This document shows, piece after piece, positions 45,023 through 53,942 of a DNA stretch of 64,000 nt. The position numbers were made by a program, and so were the translations under genes. Below the pieces are notes generated by a model, which was not told where the DNA came from, made no database searches, and saw only the letters and a program-made list of their open reading frames with translations. Source of the DNA: Candidatus Poseidoniales archaeon (GTDB lineage Archaea; Thermoplasmatota; Poseidoniia; Poseidoniales; Poseidoniaceae). The stretch lies in assembly GCA_038106355.1 (NCBI GenBank), contig JAYODQ010000003.1, forward strand, positions 2,534-66,533. The letters are read 5' to 3'. How positions within the stretch are numbered: the first letter of the stretch is position 1; the number at the start of each line of letters is the position of its first letter.

Positions 45023-45757
45023 CTATTGAAACGATTCCTCTTCTTCAAAAATTTCAGTGTGAATCATGAATTCCTGATAGGCTTCCTCAACCGTATCGCA
45101 AGCGAGCAGTTGTTGCTTCATTTCAAGTTCGGGAAGGAATAGTGAAGCCATGAGGTACAAGGTGGACGGCTCACGAGATATGGTCGAAGTGATGTATTTC
45201 TCAATCCATTCTTCCATGATGTCATCCTCAAAACCCATCCTGCTACCAAAACGCTTGAGCATGGACTGGGCAAACAAGGTAAGGGCTGCTTGCTGTGCTT
45301 CATCGAGTTGACCTTCAATGTCATCGAACTTCACATCGGCAGCGATGTACAACCGTTGGTGGTCCACATCCTCAGGAATGAGTTCAAACAATGTTTCCAA
45401 ATCTGGAAACATGTCCTCATCCAATTTCTCTGCTATCGAGGGATGGGTGAGAGGAGGCAAGGCGGGTCCATACATGCGGTCAATTTTGAATCGGCGACCA
45501 CCTCGAATGGTCAAAAAGTGGTTGGAGCCACGGGTTTCATGTTCGAGAATTTCAGCTTCGCAACCAACCATTCGTGGTCCGTCCCAGAAATTGATGGGGC
45601 GAAAAGGGTCGCTCATCACCAGACCAAAATTTCGTTCATCGAGGATGCAGGTGTCGAGCATTTGTTTGTAACGTGGCTCAAAAATTCGCAGTTCCTGTTG
45701 TTCGCCTGGAAACAAGACCATAGGGAGGACAAAAAGTGGAAATTGCTCTTCGTCCAT
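45023..45757 (-). CDS. LON N-terminal substrate-binding domain protein (no ATPase or protease domain).
   Basis: FPLFVLPMVLFPGEQQELRIFEPRYKQML is the signature start of the Lon N-terminal (PUA-like) domain. Confidence 0.7.
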   Translation of the reverse strand: MDEEQFPLFVLPMVLFPGEQQELRIFEPRYKQMLDTCILDERNFGLVMSDPFRPINFWDGPRMVGCEAEILEHETRGSNHFLTIRGGRRFKIDRMYGPALPPLTHPSIAEKLDEDMFPDLETLFELIPEDVDHQRLYIAADVKFDDIEGQLDEAQQAALTLFAQSMLKRFGSRMGFEDDIMEEWIEKYITSTISREPSTLYLMASLFLPELEMKQQLLACDTVEEAYQEFMIHTEIFEEEESFQ

Positions 45758-45823
45758 GAGTTGAGGTTGATGTGGGGGTTCTTAGGATTTGCACTTGCTC
45801 CAGCACATGAACTCGAACGTGTC

Positions 45824-46813
45824 TCATTGAACGCTGTATTCAATCGATACCCCTTCGCTTCTCATCGTTTCGATGATGAATTCAATGGTTTTGGTGGACA
45901 GCGATTCGGGAGCATACACGCCATGTTGTGGAAACAACGGTTCGTTCAACCATGCCATTGCACAGCAGTAGGTCACAAGTCCGGTTGTTCTTGCCATACT
46001 TGAATCACCATCTTTGCCTCCGTCTTCAATCACCCACACGTGTGTAGCACCACCCGCTTCGACTCGGACTTCCATCCACGTGAATTCGGCTCGGGTTGGG
46101 TCAAATTTCCACGCATCCACGAGTTCATCGGGTGTGAGATTCGTGTTTTGGTACCGCCCAATGTGACCAGGCCATCTCACGGTGTATTCACCCATCGAGG
46201 TTGCTGGAACGTCCATGAGTGACCGCAGTCCATCAGTCAAAAACGCCTCCATGATTCGGCCATTGGCATCGATGGTGTGAAGGTCGGACATCGCTGGTAC
46301 GATGGTTTGCATCCCTTCGGCAATGATTCTTGCAGGTCGAGTGTATTCTGCAATGACATCGTGAGGTGAAAACGGTGCCATGTACGACCAAGCATCATCA
46401 GGCTCGGCAGGGTTCCCACCCACTTTGATGGTGACCTTGTCGAGGTGGCCAAACTGCCGTTGAGCGAGGGCGACAAGCATGTTTGAAAGTCCGGGTGCAA
46501 TACCAACATCCCACAAAATCTGACATTGAACCGTGGCATGTCGGTCAGGGGTTTCTTCACTGAAGGATAAATCGATGATTCGCTGGTTTGAATCTTTCAG
46601 GGCATTGATGATGAGATGGCCAATGGAGCCTGGAACCATGTTGATGATAAGGTCGGCCGATGCGTGGTCTGCATCGAGTGCTGACATGTGGTGGAAATGT
46701 GCAAGCGTGTCGCGCTGGACCACATCGAACAAATGCACTTCGACACCTGCTTCGACGAGTTTGCGGGTCACATACGAACCGACGAGCCCTCCGCCCAAAC
46801 AGTGCACACGCAT
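45824..46813 (-). CDS. Saccharopine dehydrogenase-family NAD(P) oxidoreductase.
   Basis: The N-terminal Rossmann segment is MRVHCLGGGLVGSYVTRKLVEAG. DVGIAPGLSNML and the C-terminal domain layout are typical of Sacchrp_dh proteins. Confidence 0.6.
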   Translation of the reverse strand: MRVHCLGGGLVGSYVTRKLVEAGVEVHLFDVVQRDTLAHFHHMSALDADHASADLIINMVPGSIGHLIINALKDSNQRIIDLSFSEETPDRHATVQCQILWDVGIAPGLSNMLVALAQRQFGHLDKVTIKVGGNPAEPDDAWSYMAPFSPHDVIAEYTRPARIIAEGMQTIVPAMSDLHTIDANGRIMEAFLTDGLRSLMDVPATSMGEYTVRWPGHIGRYQNTNLTPDELVDAWKFDPTRAEFTWMEVRVEAGGATHVWVIEDGGKDGDSSMARTTGLVTYCCAMAWLNEPLFPQHGVYAPESLSTKTIEFIIETMRSEGVSIEYSVQ

Positions 46814-46831
46814 GAGGACCTCTCAACCTAG

Positions 46832-46845
46832 TTTAATTTTAAATA
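46832..46845. promoter_or_regulatory. AT-rich element (TTTAATTTTAAATA) between divergent genes; candidate bidirectional TATA boxes.
   Basis: It lies 19 nt from ATG 46813 (minus strand) and 22 nt from ATG 46867 (plus strand). This spacing suggests leaderless transcripts in both directions. Confidence 0.35.
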
Positions 46846-46866
46846 GACTCAAAGGTAGTTCTCAAC

Positions 46867-47187
46867 ATGACGACACAAAATACACGCCCTGCTGAAGAAA
46901 TTGATTTGAAGATTCCAAACGATGTCCATCCATTTGACCCGAATGCATCGACAGAACCTCCACAATTGTTCAAAGTCCTCATCGATGGCAAACCCGGTCT
47001 TGCGGGTATTGGTTCACTCGGAGGCTACAGCGATCGAATTCTCTTGGTTTTTGATGAACCTCATCCCGAATTTGGAGAAGAGTTCGTAACGAAATATTTC
47101 ATGTTTGACAACAATGAACCAGGTCTGCTCCTGTGGGGGCACGAAAATCGCAGTTTCAAAATCGATTTGGTCATTGAAAACGAATGA
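46867..47187 (+). CDS. Hypothetical small protein (106 aa).
   Basis: The ORF has a plausible promoter. No motif recognised. Confidence 0.45.
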   Translation: MTTQNTRPAEEIDLKIPNDVHPFDPNASTEPPQLFKVLIDGKPGLAGIGSLGGYSDRILLVFDEPHPEFGEEFVTKYFMFDNNEPGLLLWGHENRSFKIDLVIENE

Positions 47188-47532
47188 TCACTGACCGATG
47201 AGTTGGTAATCCTCGCTCAGTGGTGTAGCACCTGTTTCGACTCGGATGATTTTTCCTTCTGAAAATTCGTAGAATGTAAGCACTGCTTCCGACGTTGAGC
47301 CGTTGGCAAAGTGTGCGAGACAATGGTCGACGCCCACTTCAGTGTTTTCAAAGAGAATTCGAATTCCTTCAGTTCTGACCATGCCGGAACCAGCGAAGGC
47401 CATGATGTCGTTCTTGGTCATGACTGCACCGCCGACATGGGGGTAGAATTTACAATCGTCATGGATCACTTCATCCATGAGTTCTTTATTTCCGGTTTCA
47501 AATGCTTGATGGTATCGTTCTAGGATGCTCAT
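47188..47532 (-). CDS. SnoaL-like / NTF2-fold protein.
   Basis: MSILERYHQAFETGNKELMDEVIHDDCKFY is a typical SnoaL_2/NTF2-like N-terminus. The size (114 aa) fits. Confidence 0.55.
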   Translation of the reverse strand: MSILERYHQAFETGNKELMDEVIHDDCKFYPHVGGAVMTKNDIMAFAGSGMVRTEGIRILFENTEVGVDHCLAHFANGSTSEAVLTFYEFSEGKIIRVETGATPLSEDYQLIGQ

Positions 47533-47598
47533 GTTGTGAGTGAATCGGGTTGAACCGTTAACTGTTTGCCATGGTTATCTTGGACCGACCATCCATGG

Positions 47599-49044
47599 TC
47601 ACTCATGAACACAAACATTGAGAAGTTCGCTAAAGAAATTGAGCGACCAGTCGCCACCTTCCCTACCAACACCCGAGTTTTTGACGCCACCAAATGGCGT
47701 TCGAAGGTCTCGGTGGAGCCAAGTGTTGACCCAAAGGATACCGGTTTCAACCTTGGTGGCGAGTTGATGACCACGCTCTTTGTCACCTGTCCATATTGAA
47801 CCAGCAAGGCCATACGTTGTGCCATTGACCATCTCAAGCAGGTCGGTCTCCGTATCGTAGGTATGGAGTGTGACCACGGGCCCAAAAATTTCCTCGGTAG
47901 CACAGCGAGAGGTTGCTGACAAACCACCAATGACCGTTGGGCGAAGGAAGGCTGAACCTGTTGGAACATTGGCCACAGGATGTTGTTCTGAAGTGCCTCC
48001 TGTGAGGATGTGCCCGCCCTCCTCGACAGCGAGCTTGATGTAGGATTCGACTTTGCTTCGATGCTCAACCGAGATAAGTGAGCCCATGTTGGTGGTTTCA
48101 TCGCGTGGATTGCCTACCTTGAGTTGCTCAACATGCCATGTGAATGAACTTGCAAATTCATCGTATCTGCTGTTGTGGACAAAGATTCTCGAGCCACACA
48201 AACAGATTTGGCCAGAATTGGCAAACGATGCACGAACGATGCCGTTCATCATCTCGTCGAGAGGGGCATCGTCTAGGACGATGGTCGCATTTTTTCCGCC
48301 GAGTTCAAGCGAGAGTTTCTTGAACATGGGTGCGGCTGTTGTGGCGACTATTTTCCCAGTTGCCGTGCCACCGGTAAACGAGATACCCTGTATGTCAGGA
48401 TGCTCAATGATGGCTTGACCTGCTTGAGGGCCAAGTCCGTGTACGAGATTGAACACCCCTTTTGGCAGACCGATGTCGTCCAACACCTTGGCAAGGAATG
48501 TAGCCGTTTGAGGGGTCATTTCCGAAGGCTTTGCAACGATGGTGTTGCCCATGAGCAGGGCGGGTGCTACTTTCCATGACAGCAAATAGAGCGGAAGATT
48601 CCAAGGCGTGATGAGCCCAACCACTCCGATTGGTTTTCGATGAACATAATTGGTGGCTTGGTCCATTTCATATTTGAGATCGGGCAGTTGTCTGCCGTGG
48701 TCGGCAAAAAATCGGAAATTAGCAACCGAGCGGTAAGCATCGATGTTTCTCGCAAGTGAAATTGGTTTTCCCGTATCTTCCATTTCAAGAGCAATGATGG
48801 TGTGAGATTGTGCTTGAAGAGCATCAGCGATGGAGTAGAGCCAATTGATCCGTTCTTCAAACGACGTTGCCTTCCAAGAGGGAAGTGCCCGAAGAGCCGC
48901 TTTGGTAGCGAGGTCAACATCGGTTGCATCACTTGCAGGAACCGAACCAATGAGCGTCCCAGTGGCTGGGTTGATGTTGTCGATGGTAGCGTTCGAGTGT
49001 GCTGCTACAAATTCACCATCGATGTAATTGAGTACATCAGCCAT
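47599..49044 (-). CDS. NAD-dependent aldehyde dehydrogenase, 2-hydroxy/2-aminomuconic semialdehyde dehydrogenase-like (ALDH8/XylG/AmnC-like).
   Basis: General ALDH motifs are ITPWNLPL, VAKPSE, ELGGKN, the catalytic Cys context GQICLCGSR and EEIFGPV. The C-terminal VWVNTWLHRDLRTPFGGVKNSGVGREGG...SLNFFSE..NVCV resembles the muconic-semialdehyde dehydrogenase subfamily as I recall it. ATG 49044 lies 2 nt after the upstream stop. Confidence 0.75.
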   Translation of the reverse strand: MADVLNYIDGEFVAAHSNATIDNINPATGTLIGSVPASDATDVDLATKAALRALPSWKATSFEERINWLYSIADALQAQSHTIIALEMEDTGKPISLARNIDAYRSVANFRFFADHGRQLPDLKYEMDQATNYVHRKPIGVVGLITPWNLPLYLLSWKVAPALLMGNTIVAKPSEMTPQTATFLAKVLDDIGLPKGVFNLVHGLGPQAGQAIIEHPDIQGISFTGGTATGKIVATTAAPMFKKLSLELGGKNATIVLDDAPLDEMMNGIVRASFANSGQICLCGSRIFVHNSRYDEFASSFTWHVEQLKVGNPRDETTNMGSLISVEHRSKVESYIKLAVEEGGHILTGGTSEQHPVANVPTGSAFLRPTVIGGLSATSRCATEEIFGPVVTLHTYDTETDLLEMVNGTTYGLAGSIWTGDKERGHQLATKVETGILWVNTWLHRDLRTPFGGVKNSGVGREGGDWSLNFFSELLNVCVHE

Positions 49045-49046
49045 GA

Positions 49047-50159
49047 TTACACCTCGGTGTTGTAATGCCAACGGTCTCGGTCGGGGTCCCATTCGTCCCA
49101 CGTTGGCACGGTTTCAAGCTCGTCAAGATACGATTCAGGAACGATGCCTGGAACGATGAAGGCCTTTTGACGATGGAGTGGGTATGGGTTTCGAAGTTCG
49201 ATGCCAAGGACGCCGAGAAGAGCACGAGCGATGTACCAGGTTGCTTGTGCATTCCAACCATGTGCGATTTTTACCACAATACCAAGACCCTTTGGATAAT
49301 CAGGGTGGACAATGGCCATGCCGAGTAAGCCATCTGCTCCTTCTTTTGCAATGACTTTACCTTCGCCCGCTTTGAGAATCGTGGAATCGAGGCGGTTGAA
49401 CCCTCCAACGAGGTCAGGATGTCGAATCATGGCCTCCCAAATCCAATCGTCGTCTTTGTCGCGAACGAGTCCAGCGTAAATTTTGGCAAGTTCGTTGACG
49501 GTGTTGGAGACCGTTGGAAGGCCACAACCGTCTTTGGCAATACGCAAAGGGGTCCAATCTTTGCCAAGATAGGTTCGTAGTTGCTCCATGTAGGCTTGGA
49601 ACACTTCGTGACCTGGCAAGGTGTAGCCAGCACGCTTCCAACCTTTTTTGCGACAACCTCGTAGAATGGCTGCGTGTTCTCCTGAACACGTGTGATACCA
49701 TCGACGAGGTCTTCGTACTTGCCGTCCAAATTGAATCAGTGGTACATCCAGAGGCGTGAGCATGAGTGGCCATTCCGATTCAGAAAGGAGTGATTGGGCA
49801 GTTGCAACGTGTTCGGTATCGCCGTTGTGGGAGGCGACTGCAATGGCCTTTTGTTCCCACGAACACTCTGCGAGTTCGTCGGTGAACGCCTTGAGCATGA
49901 ACGGTTTCATCATCGACCTACCATAACACAACACATTGCCTCCAAAGGAGTGAATCACCTCATCCCCGTGTGCCCACGCCACGGCTCCATGAATCGTGGT
50001 CTCAGAAACACCATTTCGTCGATAATCAACAAGTGGTTCCCAATCGACATCGCGCCCAGTTGGAATGCCTTCGATTTTTTCGCCCACCGGCGAAGTCGGG
50101 TACAAGCCTGACCCAGGCTTTCCAGGTTTGACAGCAGAGGGTTGCTGGTGTTTGACCAT
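49047..50159 (-). CDS. Asparaginase II-family (PF06089-like) protein.
   Basis: YGRSMMKPFM (R-S-x-x-K-P context) and DGCGLPT are motifs characteristic of the Rhizobium-type asparaginase II family. ATG 50159 lies 1 nt after the upstream stop. Confidence 0.55.
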   Translation of the reverse strand: MVKHQQPSAVKPGKPGSGLYPTSPVGEKIEGIPTGRDVDWEPLVDYRRNGVSETTIHGAVAWAHGDEVIHSFGGNVLCYGRSMMKPFMLKAFTDELAECSWEQKAIAVASHNGDTEHVATAQSLLSESEWPLMLTPLDVPLIQFGRQVRRPRRWYHTCSGEHAAILRGCRKKGWKRAGYTLPGHEVFQAYMEQLRTYLGKDWTPLRIAKDGCGLPTVSNTVNELAKIYAGLVRDKDDDWIWEAMIRHPDLVGGFNRLDSTILKAGEGKVIAKEGADGLLGMAIVHPDYPKGLGIVVKIAHGWNAQATWYIARALLGVLGIELRNPYPLHRQKAFIVPGIVPESYLDELETVPTWDEWDPDRDRWHYNTEV

Positions 50160-50160
50160 T

Positions 50161-51411
50161 TCAATCCCTCCCAAGCAGTGCTTCAACACGTGGTGCGACC
50201 TTGTGCATGTAAGCGGTCATGTTGCGGCACACCCTTGCCGAATCATGATTGAAAAAATCAAACCAAGCCATAATTCTGTCATCGGGGTGGAATCGTTCAA
50301 CAATTTGTTGAGCTACCTCCTCAACATTACCAATGAGTGCATTGTTGGCAGCATTGTTGACCTTGTTTGGGTCAATGGTGCCCTCAAGGGCATTCCAGTA
50401 TGCACCCAGTGCTTCTTGCGCTTCGTGTTGAGCTGCTTGTGATTGTTGTTCTGGGCTCAAGCCTTCCTCATCGTTGAGGAACACAAAGGAAGTACGAGGC
50501 ATGTCTCGACGTTGCCATGGCTTTCCTTCAGCGTGAAGATGTTCGCTCATGCGTTCATGTGTCGCTTCAATGGCCTCAGGGTTTGTGATGGAGAGGTTGA
50601 ACACTTTGACTGGATGGATTGAATTGAAGAACAATTGGGCACTTGGGTCGTGCGTACCAGCGACGACTTCGAGGAGTTCTCGACGGAAATCCTGTGGTAT
50701 GATTTTCAAGTCTTCAAAGGAGTACCTGTTGTCGATGACCACTTCTTCTGGTGGGGCATCAAGGCCACGAACTTCCATGGCGACCGATTGAACATGCTGC
50801 CAATCCTCATCGCTTCGAAACAACGAGCGGTTGAGGACGGTTGTTCGTATGTCGTTTGAGGAGATCACTTCACCTCGAAGGAGCCGCAGGAATATTTCTC
50901 CTGCTTCGAGAAAAATTTGACCACGAAGTGCTGGCCAAGATGCTTCCTCGATTGCATCTCGAGGAACAATGCCGTACGGTCGAGCCATGAATTCAAAGCG
51001 TCCGGCAGAAAAACCGATGTTCAACTTACGTTGTTCTTGGTCATCAAATCCGTGGAGCGAGAGTACATTTGCAATGCGCTCCGCTTGAGCAATTGGGCCA
51101 CCTGAAGCGAGAATAGAAATCACAGCACAGCCAATTTCAATCGAAGTCGTACGCCTGAAGGACTCGAGAGCAAGTTGTGGAAAATCCGTGCACAATCCCA
51201 CTTCACCTTGCCAGTATGGGACCACAGGTTTGCTGTTTTGTTTTTGAATTTCCGTGGAAAGATGGGCTTGAGCAATCCATCCTACACCAAAACCAAGTTG
51301 GTCTGCACACTCGAGTTGCTCAAAATAATTGGCCATCATTTGCTTCTCAGTGGGCATGTAACCACTTGCATCGGGCGTTTGCGAAATTGAGAAGAAAATG
51401 TCGTGTTCCAT
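50161..51411 (-). CDS. Luciferase-like (LLM-class) flavin-dependent oxidoreductase.
   Basis: MEHDIFFSISQTP...YFEQLECADQLGFGVGWIAQAHL is a typical LLM N-terminus in a TIM-barrel-length protein. GGTGG lies 9-13 nt upstream of ATG 51411. Confidence 0.6.
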   Translation of the reverse strand: MEHDIFFSISQTPDASGYMPTEKQMMANYFEQLECADQLGFGVGWIAQAHLSTEIQKQNSKPVVPYWQGEVGLCTDFPQLALESFRRTTSIEIGCAVISILASGGPIAQAERIANVLSLHGFDDQEQRKLNIGFSAGRFEFMARPYGIVPRDAIEEASWPALRGQIFLEAGEIFLRLLRGEVISSNDIRTTVLNRSLFRSDEDWQHVQSVAMEVRGLDAPPEEVVIDNRYSFEDLKIIPQDFRRELLEVVAGTHDPSAQLFFNSIHPVKVFNLSITNPEAIEATHERMSEHLHAEGKPWQRRDMPRTSFVFLNDEEGLSPEQQSQAAQHEAQEALGAYWNALEGTIDPNKVNNAANNALIGNVEEVAQQIVERFHPDDRIMAWFDFFNHDSARVCRNMTAYMHKVAPRVEALLGRD

Positions 51412-51460
51412 CGCTCCCGCCACCTTCTTCCAATCGTTGTATGCTCATAATGAGTGTGGC

Positions 51461-52285
51461 TTATGATGATGATGGCCCCTGATTGAGGGTTGTGAGTGCC
51501 TCGATTCTTGCGAGCAAGGCTTGAGGAGCTGGTTGTTGCCTCGACATGAATTCTTGCACACATGTTGAGAGCAGAATCATCGCTTGTTCGTATTGTTCGT
51601 GTATTTCTGCAATGTCCGCAAGTCCCCATGAAGCCACCAACAAGCCACTGACGTCGTCAAGGTCGTTTGCGAGTTCAAGGGAATGTTGGAGAGCATCTTT
51701 GGCTGCATCAAATGAACCGACGGTGGCTTGAATATGGCCGATATCGGCATAAGCTTCCATTTTTTGTTCGTCGTTGGAATCCCGAATCGCTGCTTCGAGA
51801 ATTCGTGTAGCGTAAGCAAGTGCACCTTGACTATCGTTGAGTCGCTTGCAAACTGTGCAAAGCAATTGAAGGCCATACCTCAGGCCGGTTGGGTCACCGT
51901 TCTTTTCTCGGAATCGTAGAGCACGTAGTGCGATGGTATGAGCATCGTCAAATCGTGCATTCGACAAATGAAGGAGACCTACATGATGGTAGACTGCTGC
52001 TACAAATGGGCCCATTGATTCATCGGATTCATACTGGATGGCGAGTTCAAAAAATTGCTCAGCCTCACCATGGTCGTACTTGAGTTGTTCAAACAAACTC
52101 CACGCTGTTTCCGACGTCGACGATGCTTCACGTTTGGCGATGGAAAGAAGTTCAAGCACAAGTTCATCCCTGCCGAGTTCTTTTGCAAGCGGAATAAGAT
52201 TGAGGGCAAGAGAAGTGTTTACACCTTGAATTTCTTTACCCTCGGTGAGCATGGTCAAAAACGAGTTTGCTTGCTCCACGGTCAT
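51461..52285 (-). CDS. Tetratricopeptide-repeat protein.
   Basis: Repeated 34-aa A/L/Y-rich helical pairs, for example AEQFFELAIQY..., AAVYHHVGLLHLSNARFDDA and GALAYATRILEAA. Confidence 0.6.
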   Translation of the reverse strand: MTVEQANSFLTMLTEGKEIQGVNTSLALNLIPLAKELGRDELVLELLSIAKREASSTSETAWSLFEQLKYDHGEAEQFFELAIQYESDESMGPFVAAVYHHVGLLHLSNARFDDAHTIALRALRFREKNGDPTGLRYGLQLLCTVCKRLNDSQGALAYATRILEAAIRDSNDEQKMEAYADIGHIQATVGSFDAAKDALQHSLELANDLDDVSGLLVASWGLADIAEIHEQYEQAMILLSTCVQEFMSRQQPAPQALLARIEALTTLNQGPSSS

Positions 52286-52306
52286 TTCAGAGTCCACGAG
52301 CTCACC

Positions 52307-53122
52307 TCAAATCGAACGTAGGCGGCCACCATCGACAGCAAGGCTGACGCCTCGAATGCCGCCCGATGCGGGTAGGGAAAGGAAGACGATTGCACTTGCC
52401 GTTTCAAAAGGGTCGATAAGTCGCTTGATGGGAACTTGACTCAACCAACTCTCCATCACGTCCTCAGAAGATTTCCCCGTTCGCTCTTGAATCGAAGTTG
52501 AGAGGGATTGAAGCCGTGATGTATCGGTAAAGCCCGGGAGGACGTTGTTGATGGTGATGCACGGGGCGAGTTCATTTGACAAGGATTTGGCCCATGACGC
52601 CATGGCTCCTCGGAGGGTGTTGGACAGTCCGATGTTGGGAATCGGTTCTTTGACAGAGGTCGAAATGATCTGAATGATTCTTCCAAAGTTCTCTTGCTCC
52701 ATATGTGGGGCGAATGCCTGAACAAGAAGATGGGATGCATGAAGGTGTCTTCGAAATGGAGCATCAAAATCTTCGGTTGTGTTGTTGAGGAGTGGTCCGC
52801 CGGGAGGACCTCCTGCATTGTTGATGAGAATATGCACTGGCCCTCGACTTTCAAGAACCGAGTTTGCTGTTTCTCGTACATCTTCTTCGTTTTCGAGGTC
52901 CACCACGACCATGCCGTGAACACCTGAGCCCAGTTCTGATAAGGAGAGAACCAAGGCCTCGAGGGCTTGTTCATCGCGGGCGGCGACCGTTACATTAGCA
53001 CCACATTTTGCGAGCAGTTGGGCGGTAGCGGCGCCTATGCCTTTGCTTGCACCGCACACGAACGCATGTTTTCCTGCCAAAGAGGTGGGTGAGTACGGAA
53101 AATCAGTACCGAGAAGGTCCAT
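52307..53122 (-). CDS. Short-chain dehydrogenase/reductase (FabG-like).
   Basis: The cofactor loop is VCGASKGIGAA, followed by NNAG. In place of the classical SDR YxxxK there is SNTLRGAMASWAK (no Tyr), followed by PG.T.T. Confidence 0.8.
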   Translation of the reverse strand: MDLLGTDFPYSPTSLAGKHAFVCGASKGIGAATAQLLAKCGANVTVAARDEQALEALVLSLSELGSGVHGMVVVDLENEEDVRETANSVLESRGPVHILINNAGGPPGGPLLNNTTEDFDAPFRRHLHASHLLVQAFAPHMEQENFGRIIQIISTSVKEPIPNIGLSNTLRGAMASWAKSLSNELAPCITINNVLPGFTDTSRLQSLSTSIQERTGKSSEDVMESWLSQVPIKRLIDPFETASAIVFLSLPASGGIRGVSLAVDGGRLRSI

Positions 53123-53161
53123 GGTTCAAGCCACAAAGTGGTTGGTCATAGGCCTTCGCAT

Positions 53162-53908
53162 TCACAACCAGTCACAAATGGCGCTGAGTTGAACAAGCCA
53201 ATCATCGCTTGCTGCATCGATGACTGAGAAATGGTCACCGGGCACAAACACCGATTGAATATCGCAACCGCGTGCCTTCATGACCCTTGCATAGGTTTCA
53301 GATTGAGCTAGAGGGACATCGGTATCTTCTTCGCCGTGAAACAAGACCACTGTGGTCTGAGGGGTATTGTTGACGGGATTGAGTTTGGACCACACTTCAG
53401 GCAATGCTTCTGGGGAACCTCCAATCCATCGCCGAACGGCATCACCGTCATCCGAAAGGCGAGCGACATCTGCAGATATGAGGTCAGCAAGTGGTGCCTG
53501 AGCAAAGACGAGCCAAGGTTTGCGTTCAGCGACGGCAGCGAGAAGAAGGGCGAGTTGTCCACCTGCTGAGTGCCCCATGACCATAGTTCGCATGATATCG
53601 ATGGAGGGTAAAAGTGCGAGTTGTCCCCAGGCTCTCATCACGTCCGACAATGTGTCCATCCATACTCCCTCGTCGCCTTCGCTCCAGCGTTTGAATTCAA
53701 TATTCCATGACGCAATTCCTGCATCGGCGAGGTCAAGGGCAAGGGGTCTCATGAGATCAAGTGTGTATTCTTCTTTCCAAAAGCCACCGTGAATGAGCAT
53801 GATGCATGGTACACCTTCATCCCGTTGGAACGGTGAAGGTTCGTCGGGCATGTAGAGGTCGGCAAATTGCCATGGCTCTGCACCCCATTGCATTCTGTCG
53901 ACTGCCAT
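53162..53908 (-). CDS. Alpha/beta hydrolase, HGG-type esterase or arylformamidase-like.
   Basis: The oxyanion motif is LIHGGFW and the nucleophile elbow is GHSAGG. The distal Asp/His region (GEEDTDV...PGDHFS) fits the esterase/kynurenine-formamidase-like fold. ATG 53908 avoids overlap with aspS. Confidence 0.7.
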   Translation of the reverse strand: MAVDRMQWGAEPWQFADLYMPDEPSPFQRDEGVPCIMLIHGGFWKEEYTLDLMRPLALDLADAGIASWNIEFKRWSEGDEGVWMDTLSDVMRAWGQLALLPSIDIMRTMVMGHSAGGQLALLLAAVAERKPWLVFAQAPLADLISADVARLSDDGDAVRRWIGGSPEALPEVWSKLNPVNNTPQTTVVLFHGEEDTDVPLAQSETYARVMKARGCDIQSVFVPGDHFSVIDAASDDWLVQLSAICDWL

Positions 53909-53942
53909 GTTATTGACACGATGAAGAAACCTATGAGCCTTG

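Noticed and set aside
45290-46003. A long antisense ORF (237 aa). Similar shadow ORFs are at 47529-48101 (190 aa), 22809-23354 (181 aa), 14920-15483 (187 aa), 33159-33613, 35386-35964, 41738-42160 and 42262-42681.
   Set aside because: Each lies entirely within, or in an alternative frame of, a gene with clear family motifs. Their translations are low-complexity or Cys/Arg/His-rich with no recognisable motif. They are typical shadow ORFs of biased coding sequence.
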